Assembly (NCBI GenBank): GCA_020346225.1
Contig: CP070777.1
Location: 2,554,772 to 2,618,771 of the forward strand
Direction: 5' to 3'
DNA length: 64,000 bases
DNA from: Candidatus Zixiibacteriota bacterium
Lineage (GTDB): Bacteria; Zixibacteria; MSB-5A5; GN15; FEB-12
Shown here: positions 9,615 through 18,205 of the stretch, piece by piece
Numbering within the stretch: the first letter of the stretch is position 1
Layout: every line of letters starts with the position of its first letter
The notes under the pieces: generated by a model
Database searches by the model: none
Told to the model about the DNA's origin: nothing
The model's input: only the letters and a program-made list of their open reading frames with translations
Translations under genes and position numbers: made by a program

Positions 9615-11225
9615 ATGAACGCCTTAGCGTTTTTTACAGGCAAGAAGAAGGAAAGGCCTGGCAGCAGCAAAGAACCGGCCAGGCCTTCTTTTTCGATTCA
9701 AAAGATACATCCCCGCCAGAATCACTATGTCGGGACGATTCTGTCGTTTTCTATAAACGACCACTCCGTTCAGATGGCGGCCACCCGCCACTGGGGAAAG
9801 CTAAGGCGCCTTCTCGACATCAAGAAAGAGTATTTCCCCAAGGATCAGACGACGCGAAAGGCCAGACAGGAGGTGCTGCGTCGGGCGATCGCCGGATTCA
9901 TCTCCAAAAACGGCCGATACGGCAGCAAGATAGCTTTAGCCCTGTCGGGTAAAGAGACGACCTTCCGGACTTTCCTCATGCCGGAGATGAAGCGCAAGGA
10001 GCTCAAGTCGGCGATTGAATTCGAGGTAAGAAAGCAGATCCCCTTCCCCATCGAGGACTGCATTTACGGTTACCGGCCCACTTACCGCATCGAGAGAGAC
10101 GGAGTCGCTCAACTCAAGATTGCCCTTCACGCCGCCACCAAGCGCTTCGTGCACGAGCAGCTGGAGCCCTTCGAGGCGCTCGGGTTAAAAGTAGACATCA
10201 TCTATCACACCCAGGACGTGATCGGGCAGTTCCTCAAGCACCTGCCGAACTTCGATGAAGAGAAGAACTATACGCTGCTCAATATCGGCCTGAAGTCCAC
10301 GGAGATATCCTTCTACAAGGGGTCGACCCTGGAGTTTTCCCACGCGACGCCGGTCAGTTCGTCGATGCTGGGTATTCATCCGGAACAGACAAAATACGAA
10401 TTCTTCGCGGAGTTGATTGCCAACGAGATCCAGACGTCGCTGGACTACTACGCCGGCCAGTATTCGGTAACCGCCCAGGAAAAGATTTACGTTTACGGCG
10501 ACCTGGCTTACAGCGACGAGCTTTTGGATTTGTTGAACGACCGCAGCGGCATTGAACTCGAGCCGATGGCGGTCCAGCGGCTCATACATCTGACGGCCCG
10601 GGATGAAGCTCAGGCGGATGATTTTCCGGTCTGCCTGCCGGTCCTGGCCGGCTCAACGTGCCAGTCTTCACTGGCCAGTCTTCTTCCGCACGATCAGCAA
10701 ACCGCCCGGCTGGACGCCAAGTACCACATGTACGGCAAGCTGTCGGTAGCCGCTTTAATAGCTCTTCTCACCCTGTCGTGGATGATCATGAGGGCCAATC
10801 TCGGGGCCAGCAAGCACACCCTGGCGGAGCTCGAACGCCAGGTGAGCGAATTCAGGAACTCCGAAGCCTTTCACACCTACAACCTCATCAAGCGAGAGAT
10901 CGCCCGTGACCAGTCATACCTCGAATTGACCAAAAAGGCGCCGAGCTATCTGGCTTTAAACCTGAAAGAGCTTTCCCACCTGGCACCTGCCCAGGTGAGG
11001 CTGCTGTATCTGGATTACAATCCCGAGATTGACGACAAGAACTTCTACCTCCACGGGCTGGTAATATCGAAAGACATCCCTCCGGAGATAATTCTGGCGG
11101 AGTTCGTGGAGGACCTCTCGGCTTCGGGATTCTATGACGGAGTCCAGATCGTACGCCATGTCAAAAAACTGATCGAGGATCGGTTTGAGATTGATTTTCA
11201 AATAAGGATGTGGGGGGTGGTGTGA
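9615..11225 (+). CDS. PilM-PilN fusion protein (GspL-like topology)
   Basis: 536 aa. The N-terminal ~350 aa is actin-like as in PilM (LLNIGLKSTEISFYKGSTLEF...; IYVYGDLA). One TM helix follows (LSVAALIALLTLSWMIM), then a ~150-aa periplasmic PilN-like domain. Confidence 0.7.
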   Translation: MNALAFFTGKKKERPGSSKEPARPSFSIQKIHPRQNHYVGTILSFSINDHSVQMAATRHWGKLRRLLDIKKEYFPKDQTTRKARQEVLRRAIAGFISKNGRYGSKIALALSGKETTFRTFLMPEMKRKELKSAIEFEVRKQIPFPIEDCIYGYRPTYRIERDGVAQLKIALHAATKRFVHEQLEPFEALGLKVDIIYHTQDVIGQFLKHLPNFDEEKNYTLLNIGLKSTEISFYKGSTLEFSHATPVSSSMLGIHPEQTKYEFFAELIANEIQTSLDYYAGQYSVTAQEKIYVYGDLAYSDELLDLLNDRSGIELEPMAVQRLIHLTARDEAQADDFPVCLPVLAGSTCQSSLASLLPHDQQTARLDAKYHMYGKLSVAALIALLTLSWMIMRANLGASKHTLAELERQVSEFRNSEAFHTYNLIKREIARDQSYLELTKKAPSYLALNLKELSHLAPAQVRLLYLDYNPEIDDKNFYLHGLVISKDIPPEIILAEFVEDLSASGFYDGVQIVRHVKKLIEDRFEIDFQIRMWGVV

Positions 11226-11785
11226 AGAGATTCTGGATAACATACCCGGTCATCGCCCTGGTCGCCTCCTGCCTGTGGTTCTTTACGGCCTACGTGCCGC
11301 ACCACAAAGACAGCCGGACAACCAAAGGGGCCCTCCGGGAGGCAGAGAGTCAGATCAATGACTTTCGGCAGACCATCGCCCAGCTTCCGGCCATCATCGA
11401 GCAAAGGAAGGACCTGCTGTCACGTCGTGATGATCTCGACTCCAAACTCTACGCCAAAGAAGACGTCCTCGAGCTGTTCGCCGAACTGGAGCGGCAGGCT
11501 TCCCGGTGGCAAATTGAGGTCACCGAAATAACGCCGCCGGTCGAGGAGCTGCTTTACCTGAATACAATCATAGCGGACTCGAGCATGCCGCAGTTTTTGA
11601 ATATCGGGATGAGACTTGACGGTGATTATGTCAGTTTCGGGCGCTTCATTCAGGCCGTTGAGAAAGCCGATTACTTCCGGGGCATCAACCGGTGCAAGAT
11701 GATCGGCCACGCCGACGACAGAACCAAGATTTCACTGGAACTCGGCTTCAAGGCGCTGCTGGGAAATCTGGGGAAAGAAGCATGA
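11222..11785 (+). CDS. PilO-like pilus/secretion assembly protein
   Basis: N-terminal TM (WITYPVIALVASCLWFF), a coiled-coil segment, then an alpha/beta C-terminal domain. GTG at 11222 overlaps the upstream stop (GTGA). The ORF track starts at 11210. Confidence 0.6.
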   Translation: MKRFWITYPVIALVASCLWFFTAYVPHHKDSRTTKGALREAESQINDFRQTIAQLPAIIEQRKDLLSRRDDLDSKLYAKEDVLELFAELERQASRWQIEVTEITPPVEELLYLNTIIADSSMPQFLNIGMRLDGDYVSFGRFIQAVEKADYFRGINRCKMIGHADDRTKISLELGFKALLGNLGKEA

Positions 11786-12228
11786 GCGAAAGTACCAGAA
11801 AGAAAATCATCGCGGCGGTGATGGTCCTGGTGGTTATCTGGGGTTACAACAACCTCAAACCGGCGTCCGACAAGCCGCCTCGGCCCAAGGCCACTCCGGC
11901 CGCCGCGGTGACGGCGACCTCGGACCAGGGGCAGCCCAAGGTGACAACTCCCCGGCTGGTCGACGTCGAGGAGAAAGCCAAGGAACCGTGGGGAACCGAC
12001 CCGTTCAGAGTTAAAGCCAAGAAGCAGGCCAAGAAACCCGGCAGCGCCGTGTACTGGCGGCTGTCCGGCATTCTATATAACAGCCATTCGCCCTCGGCCA
12101 TCATAAACAAGAGGCACGTGAAGACAGGAGACGTGATCACGGGGGCAAGAGTTGTCAAAATCGACAGAAAATCAGTGACGCTCGAATATAACGGAAAGCA
12201 AATGATACTAACGGTTACCAAAGGATAA
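11783..12228 (+). CDS. PilP/GspC-like small periplasmic protein
   Basis: ATG at 11783 overlaps the PilO-like stop (ATGA). TM anchor, Pro/Ala/Lys-rich linker, then a C-terminal beta domain (WRLSGILYNSHSPSAIINKRHVKTGDVITGARVVKIDRKSVTLEYNGK). The ORF-track start at 11692 would overlap 94 nt. Confidence 0.5.
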
Positions 12229-12232
12229 GAAT

Positions 12233-13537
12233 ATGAGAGTTCGAATACATGCCGCGGTCCTGACGGCTACCTTACTTCTGTCGACACTCAGCGTTTCGGC
12301 CGGCGTCTTCAAAGAGGGGGAAAAGCTGTCGCTGGAGATGGAGGGGGCGCCCCTGACCACCGTTCTAAATATGATCGCCCAGCAGTATGCCCTTAACCTG
12401 GTATTGTCGGGCGACGTTGACGGCAAGGTCAGCGTCCGTCTGGAGGACGTCGATGTCGAAACGGCGCTGGAAGCCATCCTGTATCCCAACGGCTACAACT
12501 ACTATCTCAAGAACGACATTATCGTGGTCAAGCCGGTGGAGTTCGATGCCGTCGGCGAACTCACGTCCGAAGTAGTGACGCTGCGCTATGCCGACCCGAT
12601 TACGGCCAAGAATGCCCTGGAGAGCCTCAAGTCAACCAAGGGTAAAGTAGTCGTGCTGGACAAGACGACTGAGAAAGCAAGCGGCAGATCGGACGAGCGC
12701 TATGCGGCCAACCGCCTGATAATGACCGACTATGTTAGTGTCATCGATGACATGCTGTCTCTACTCGAGCAAATAGACAAACCGGAGCGTATGGTTTCGA
12801 TTGAGGTCAAAATTATCGAGACCAATATCGACAGCCAGAAGAAACTGGGGCTTTCGTGGCCGGCCACGGTCACGACGAGCCTCGGAGGCGGCCAGTTGTC
12901 GGCTGCCACGACCACCCAGACGACCACCGAAGACCTGACCCTGGCCAATGTCGCCGGCAGTTGGAACCCCAACACCGGGTCCTGGACATGGGGCCTTCTG
13001 TCAGTCCAGCAGGTAGACGCCGTCCTCAACATGCTCGAACAAAGCGGTCAGAGCAAGCTGGTGTCTGACCCGCATGTCACCACGCTTGAGAACCATGAGG
13101 CGGTCATTGAGGTACAGACGGTGATTCCAATACCGACGGTGACACGCTTTTCCGAAGCAGCAGCAACTCAGGACATTCAGACCTTCTTTGATGAAGAGGT
13201 CGGTATATCTCTGGTGGTAACACCGCGCATTAATGAGGACGGCAGGATCACGATGGACGTGGAACCGGTGGTGGAGGATATCATCGGCTTTACGGGTCCG
13301 GTCGAGGCTCAAGCACCGATTAAAATATCGCGTTCAATCCGGACTCGCATCACGGTGGATGACGGCCAGACGGCAGCCCTTGGGGGACTCTTGAAGGAGG
13401 ATATCATCGAAGAGAAGCAGAAAGTGCCGTTGCTGGGCTCGATCCCGCTACTGGGGCGATTGTTCACGTCCACGTCGAAGGAGAAATGGACAACGGACCT
13501 GATCATTATGATCACGCCGCGTATAATACAGCAGTGA
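12233..13537 (+). CDS. pilQ: secretin (PilQ/GspD family)
   Basis: Signal peptide and an STN-like N-terminal domain. Secretin core LVSDPHVTTLENHEAVIEV... and the signature VPLLGSIPLLGRLF. Confidence 0.85.
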   Translation: MRVRIHAAVLTATLLLSTLSVSAGVFKEGEKLSLEMEGAPLTTVLNMIAQQYALNLVLSGDVDGKVSVRLEDVDVETALEAILYPNGYNYYLKNDIIVVKPVEFDAVGELTSEVVTLRYADPITAKNALESLKSTKGKVVVLDKTTEKASGRSDERYAANRLIMTDYVSVIDDMLSLLEQIDKPERMVSIEVKIIETNIDSQKKLGLSWPATVTTSLGGGQLSAATTTQTTTEDLTLANVAGSWNPNTGSWTWGLLSVQQVDAVLNMLEQSGQSKLVSDPHVTTLENHEAVIEVQTVIPIPTVTRFSEAAATQDIQTFFDEEVGISLVVTPRINEDGRITMDVEPVVEDIIGFTGPVEAQAPIKISRSIRTRITVDDGQTAALGGLLKEDIIEEKQKVPLLGSIPLLGRLFTSTSKEKWTTDLIIMITPRIIQQ

Positions 13538-13539
13538 CC

Positions 13540-13986
13540 CTACCAGCGAGAAAGCATCCAGCGGCGAGAGCGGCTCACCAGGAGCTGCCAAAGCAGAATC
13601 AGCAGGACGATGTCGAAAAGCAGCGAATCGAGCACCGTCTCGCTTGACGACCTGGCTACCTTGAAGCATCCGCAGTCGATGTCTATCCCCCTGGCCAGCG
13701 CCGAAACAAGGGCAACAGTAAAGATAACGGTCATGGTCGTGGTCAGTACCGCCGCTCCTCGATAGAGCACGCCAAAAATCAGCCCCAGACCACAGATGAG
13801 TTCCACCCAAGGCAGAATGACAGCCGTAATATTGATCAGGCCTCCCGGCAAGAGATGATAGTACCAGATGGATTTGGCGAAACCGGCCGGGTCGAGAATC
13901 TTGTAGTAGGAGGCATAAATGAACGTCACACCAACCGCCAGGCGAACAACCATGGTAAGGTAGTCATTGTCAACTAACCGTCGCAC
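13540..13986 (-). CDS. DoxX/MauE-family membrane protein
   Basis: 148 aa with four TM helices. Contains RLAVGVTFIYASYYKILDP and IDCGCF, as in MauE/DoxX redox-associated membrane proteins. Confidence 0.75.
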   Translation of the reverse strand: MRRLVDNDYLTMVVRLAVGVTFIYASYYKILDPAGFAKSIWYYHLLPGGLINITAVILPWVELICGLGLIFGVLYRGAAVLTTTMTVIFTVALVSALARGIDIDCGCFKVARSSSETVLDSLLFDIVLLILLWQLLVSRSRRWMLSRW

Positions 13987-14492
13987 GACTCCCTCCTTTC
14001 CACATCAAGACCGAATTGCACCCACTCGCGCCACCCGCCAAAGAAAATCGACAGGTTGGTGTAGCCAAGCTCCTGCATAGTGCGACCGAGGTGCAAAGAC
14101 AGGTCACACTCCTCACCGGAGCAGAATATGATGAAGTGATAGTCCCCGGGAAGACCACCGAGGACCGAATCGATATACGGCCGGAGGTCGCCTTCGGGCA
14201 GGTATTCGAAGGGAATATTGACGCTGCCGGGAATAGTCCCGCATACGAACTCCCCGGCGTCGCGGGCGTCGATAAAGACGACCTGATAGTTGCTGTGCTC
14301 CAGTTCGGCGACTTCTATCGATATGAAGGGAGGATCGCCCGGCTCGGCGGTGGGCGGTACGATAGGTCCGTCACCCGATGACAGAGAGCGGTACTTGCCG
14401 ATGAAGTCGATGCGGTTGGGGGAAACAAGGTTGAGACCGACTCCGGCAACGGCAGCCACCAGTATGATAATAACGAACTGTCTCAGCAACAT
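13974..14492 (-). CDS. membrane-anchored rhodanese-domain protein
   Basis: N-terminal TM helix. Rhodanese fold motifs VFIDARDAGEFVCGTIPGSVNIP and the active-site loop FCSGEECDLS. It overlaps the DoxX/MauE gene by 13 nt. Confidence 0.8.
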   Translation of the reverse strand: MLLRQFVIIILVAAVAGVGLNLVSPNRIDFIGKYRSLSSGDGPIVPPTAEPGDPPFISIEVAELEHSNYQVVFIDARDAGEFVCGTIPGSVNIPFEYLPEGDLRPYIDSVLGGLPGDYHFIIFCSGEECDLSLHLGRTMQELGYTNLSIFFGGWREWVQFGLDVERRESCDG

Positions 14493-14660
14493 AGTGAACG
14501 GATACCTTCTGCGTTAAAACAGCATAAGATAGTCATCGGACGCCGATTTTCAAGAGAATTGCATACCCGGCGCCCCACCGATGGCACTTATACACATGAA
14601 CCGGAAAAAGGATGCCTCCGGCCCAACACGGCTTAAACCGGCGCCGCAAACTTGCGAGGA

Positions 14661-14700
14661 ATAAAAAAAAGCGAGGCACGACCTTGCCGAACCCCGCCGG
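14661..14700 (-). terminator. possible intrinsic terminator with U8 tract
   Basis: The minus strand reads GCGGGGTTCGGCAAGGTCGTGCCTCGC followed by TTTTTTTT (plus-strand A8 at 14663-14670). The stem is imperfect (GGCA/TGCC plus GCG/CGC). Confidence 0.45.
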
Positions 14701-14735
14701 TAAGTTTCGAAATCATCAAAGGAACCCTGAATGGC

Positions 14736-14918
14736 TCAACTGACTCTTGGCGTTAAAGGCTTCTCCAGCCTCGAAACGATAAGAGTATACTTGCCGTTCA
14801 GGATCTTCCCAACAACCGAGGAGAATTTCGCAGGTGTCAGTACTTGCAGACTATAGGAATGCCAGCAGTCTTTTTCTCCCAGATGAGCGAAGTTGTGTTC
14901 CTGTTTTCTTCTCGGCAT
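14736..14918 (-). CDS. hypothetical 60-aa protein
   Basis: GAGGGAG lies 7 nt upstream of the ATG, and a U8-tract terminator candidate lies ~40 nt downstream. No family recognised. It sits in a lower-GC gap. Confidence 0.4.
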   Translation of the reverse strand: MPRRKQEHNFAHLGEKDCWHSYSLQVLTPAKFSSVVGKILNGKYTLIVSRLEKPLTPRVS

Positions 14919-15061
14919 TATCGAGCTCCCTCAAAACTGTTTTCCCCCCTACCACATCGTGATTGAAGTAGTTGCCCAATATAATGATAGCGGCAAAACA
15001 GTTGGGAAACTTAGTTGCTTCGGATGCCACCTCCTCGTTTTGGAATAGATATCAAATAGTA

Positions 15062-15082
15062 TCGCATTTGCTGCAAATACGA
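15062..15082. repeat. palindrome ATTTGC-N1-GCAAAT (possible operator)
   Basis: Perfect 6+1+6 palindrome at 15066-15078, extended imperfectly to 21 nt. The 1-nt centre makes a hairpin unlikely. Confidence 0.4.
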
Positions 15083-15122
15083 ATACACTACCTCCTGCAC
15101 TAAATAGTCGCTTGACATACAC

Positions 15123-15440
15123 CTAAGAGGCAAATATCTTGTGTAACTTCTTGATAGCCCGATGTTTATAAATATTCACGACCTGCTGGGTGATGCCCAA
15201 AGTGCGGGCGATCTCGCGCTCGGTTTTGCCGCTGAGGTAGTACTCAATAACTTGCTTCTGCCGCGCAGACAGAGTGTTGCGGATATGCCACTTGAGCCTG
15301 TGCCGAAGTTTACGGAGCGTACCGGTCGGCAGGGATTCGGCCGCGCCGTTGTGGTAAGGGGATTGCTCATTGGCGAATGACTCGAGAAGAAGCCGGTCAA
15401 CCATTACCTCGGCGTATTCGTACTCTTTTCTCGGCGACAT
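15123..15440 (-). CDS. sigma-70 region-4-like HTH DNA-binding protein
   Basis: 105 aa. LSARQKQVIEYYLSGKTEREIARTLGITQQVVNIYKHRAIKKL is a region-4/LuxR-type helix-turn-helix. No region 2 is present. Confidence 0.65.
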   Translation of the reverse strand: MSPRKEYEYAEVMVDRLLLESFANEQSPYHNGAAESLPTGTLRKLRHRLKWHIRNTLSARQKQVIEYYLSGKTEREIARTLGITQQVVNIYKHRAIKKLHKIFAS

Positions 15441-15457
15441 AGCGGGAGAGCGAACAC

Positions 15458-15985
15458 CTAATATCTCAACTGGAACTTATTTCTTATTTCCTTCAGCTCT
15501 TCGAGAGATATGGAGAACTTCTGAGAGGTTTCTTCCCTAATCTCATTAAGGGCGATTCTGCGCTCGTAATCGGACAGGTCCCTGGGCAAGTTGGCATAGC
15601 GCTTCTTGTAGTAGCTGATAATCTGCTCATGTTTTGACAGGGGTTTGCCGGACGACGATGTCTTAACGCCGGCACGTCCTCCCTGATTCGATGACAGCTT
15701 GCTGAGTTCAGCCGACTGTTCGTCGATGATGTCTTGCAGCGAATCCATGCTGGAGCGATAGGCCTTGTCTTTTGACGTGAGAGAATCGGCGGCGGCCAGG
15801 CGCGTTTCGGCCAGGGCGGCCTGGAGAGAATCGGATTCCTTCTGATACCGGGTCAGCTGTTGCAGGCTCTCGGTTTTCCCCTGGTCAAAGTACTGCCGGC
15901 TTCGCTCGTGCTCCCGCCAGGTCTTCAGATAACTGACGACGACCACCAGAGCGAGCAGCAGGACGGCAAGCAGAATCTTCTTCAT
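15458..15985 (-). CDS. membrane-anchored coiled-coil protein, function unknown
   Basis: 175 aa. N-terminal TM helix (ILLAVLLLALVVVVSYL) followed by a heptad-like Gln/Leu/Ser-rich region. The stop is 17 nt upstream of the HTH gene. Confidence 0.55.
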   Translation of the reverse strand: MKKILLAVLLLALVVVVSYLKTWREHERSRQYFDQGKTESLQQLTRYQKESDSLQAALAETRLAAADSLTSKDKAYRSSMDSLQDIIDEQSAELSKLSSNQGGRAGVKTSSSGKPLSKHEQIISYYKKRYANLPRDLSDYERRIALNEIREETSQKFSISLEELKEIRNKFQLRY

Positions 15986-16076
15986 ACCGACTTATCCTCG
16001 TTGTGACTTCACGATATCGGCGGCGTCGGGTACTGTCAAGTTTGAACTTCGGCAGGCCGCCAGGACCCTAAGCTCG

Positions 16077-17093
16077 TCACACCCCGTCGGCGGCGCTTTC
16101 AAGATCCTTCAGGGTAAGGTGAACTTTCTTCAGAAAGTAAAAGCCCATAAGAGTAATCACGATATACTGGGCCGCATGCAGGACCAGAGCACAGGACAGG
16201 GCATGCTCATCGGTGACACCGTAGACGCGCAGCGACAGCACGACTCCGGCGTGGTAAACACCGAGGTATCCGGGTGTCGACGGGGCCAGGATGAGTACCG
16301 AGACGACCACCAGCAGCACGAAAGATGCGTCCAGGGGGATGTCAAAACCGAAGGCCTTGAAGACAAAGTAATTGGAGATACCCATGAGAATCCAGATCAG
16401 CATGGTCTGGGCGCTCACCCAGGAAACCGCTTTGAAATCTCTGAGAAACTGCAGGCCTTCCGAGAATTTGAGTATGACGTTCCTTATAAATTCGTTCGCG
16501 CGTGCCGGCAGGAAGAACAGGTAGCGGCTCAGCAGGTCGCTGATCTGGTTGGCCTTGAGAGCCAGGAGTATCATGGATGTCAATCCGATGAGGGCAATGG
16601 CGATGGCCAGTTTGGTGGCGACAATCATGTTGTCCTGAATGTGACTCCTGAGGCTGGCCGAAAAAGAAACCACGGCGCCGAAAATAAGAAGCAGCGCGAC
16701 CAGATCGAAGACCATGCGCTCTACGAAAATAGTGGCCAGCGAGGCCGATTTGGTCACCCCCTTGTCCTGCGAGGCCAGCGAGTAAGCGCGGACGAACTCG
16801 CCCAATCTGAACGGCAGCACGTTGTTTGCCATAAAGCCGATACAGGTGGCCGCGATCAAGTGGGGAAAGGTCACGTACTTGATGGGGGCTATCATGAACC
16901 GCCAGCGATAGGCCCGCTGGTACATTGTCGCCATGATCAAAAGGATATTGGGGATCAACCAGAGGTAGTTGGCCTCCTTCAGGGCGGCCAGCAGCTCCCC
17001 CATATCAATTTTGCGAAAGAGTATCCAGATAAGGACTGCCGACACCAGCAGCCCGGCAAAGAAGTAGGCAGTCTTTTTGCTTTTCGCGGTCAT
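16077..17093 (-). CDS. flippase-like membrane protein (lysylphosphatidylglycerol-synthase TM region, UPF0104)
   Basis: 338 aa, about 8 TM helices. N-terminal pattern FFAGLLVSAVLIWILFRKIDMGELLAALKEANYLWL...RAYRWRF is characteristic of this family. Confidence 0.75.
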   Translation of the reverse strand: MTAKSKKTAYFFAGLLVSAVLIWILFRKIDMGELLAALKEANYLWLIPNILLIMATMYQRAYRWRFMIAPIKYVTFPHLIAATCIGFMANNVLPFRLGEFVRAYSLASQDKGVTKSASLATIFVERMVFDLVALLLIFGAVVSFSASLRSHIQDNMIVATKLAIAIALIGLTSMILLALKANQISDLLSRYLFFLPARANEFIRNVILKFSEGLQFLRDFKAVSWVSAQTMLIWILMGISNYFVFKAFGFDIPLDASFVLLVVVSVLILAPSTPGYLGVYHAGVVLSLRVYGVTDEHALSCALVLHAAQYIVITLMGFYFLKKVHLTLKDLESAADGV

Positions 17094-18205
17094 TGGTCCT
17101 GCCCCAGGACATCAAGCAGCAACTTCTCGAATTCCACTGCCGCGCGGTCCCAGTTAAAAGTCTCGGCCCACTTAAGGCCCCCCGCCTCCAGGCGCTTGCG
17201 AAGAGCCTCGTCGGTCAATATAGCCAGCAGTTTGTCGGCCATCATCTCGATATCACCCTGCTCGTAGAGCAAGCCCGTTTCACCGTCGCAAACCGAATCC
17301 CGCAGGCCGGGCGAGTTGGCGGCCACCACGGCGGTGCCCACCGAGTTCGCCTCGATATTGGTCAGGCCCCACCCTTCTTTCAACGACGGGAGGACCGCTA
17401 CATGGGCTCGTCGCATTCGAAGAATCTTGTCTTCGGTCGGGACAAAACCGGGAAACTCTATCTCTTCTTCCAGCTTCAGCTCACGCGCCAGTTTCTTGAT
17501 AGCGGGCAGATAATCGCCGACGCCGACCACCATGAGGGAAGCTTCGGGCAGTTTTTCCTTGACGATCCGGTAGGCCCGGACCAGGTGGTGGATACACTTG
17601 TATTTCTTGATGCGGCCGAGATAAAGTATGGTCGGACGTTCGTACTTGGCGACATTCGGGTCATGCGAGTACAACTCCCGGTCGATACCGCAGTGGATTA
17701 CAGAAATATCCTCTTTGGGTATGCCGCGTTTGATCATGTCTTCGCCGGTGGACTCGGAGATGACATTGAACGGCAGCCCCTTGTACACGCTCACCAGCGG
17801 CCGCTCCGCCAGAAATATGTAAGTACCCAGCACGAAATTGATTTCATGAAAAACGGTGGTAGCGAGAAGATGCGGCACCACCACCAGCGTTTTGATATCA
17901 AGATAAAGCGGCGTATAGAACGGAATCTTGTTGACATCCTCGACAAGAATATCGAAGTGGTTTTCCCGGACTATTCTTCGGAGGTGAAAGGGCGCTATCA
18001 GATTGAAATTGTACCGGTTCCCGCGACGGATTATGCGGACCCCCTTGAACGTTTCCTCCTGCCGACAGCCATCAAAGCCGGAGCAAAAGAGGGTAACGCG
18101 GTGACCATAAGTGACCAGCCGCTGCAACAGCTCCTCGAGGTGAACCTCCGCCCCGCCCCCGTAAGGATTCTGAAGATCGTTCCAGTTCAGTGCCAGAATA
18201 TTCAT
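17090..18205 (-). CDS. glycosyltransferase family 4 (GT-B fold)
   Basis: 371 aa. The N-terminus reads GGAEVHLEEL. The C-terminal domain has the conserved PSLKEGWGLTNIEANSVGTAVVA (E-x7-E region). Confidence 0.85.
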   Translation of the reverse strand: MNILALNWNDLQNPYGGGAEVHLEELLQRLVTYGHRVTLFCSGFDGCRQEETFKGVRIIRRGNRYNFNLIAPFHLRRIVRENHFDILVEDVNKIPFYTPLYLDIKTLVVVPHLLATTVFHEINFVLGTYIFLAERPLVSVYKGLPFNVISESTGEDMIKRGIPKEDISVIHCGIDRELYSHDPNVAKYERPTILYLGRIKKYKCIHHLVRAYRIVKEKLPEASLMVVGVGDYLPAIKKLARELKLEEEIEFPGFVPTEDKILRMRRAHVAVLPSLKEGWGLTNIEANSVGTAVVAANSPGLRDSVCDGETGLLYEQGDIEMMADKLLAILTDEALRKRLEAGGLKWAETFNWDRAAVEFEKLLLDVLGQDQ

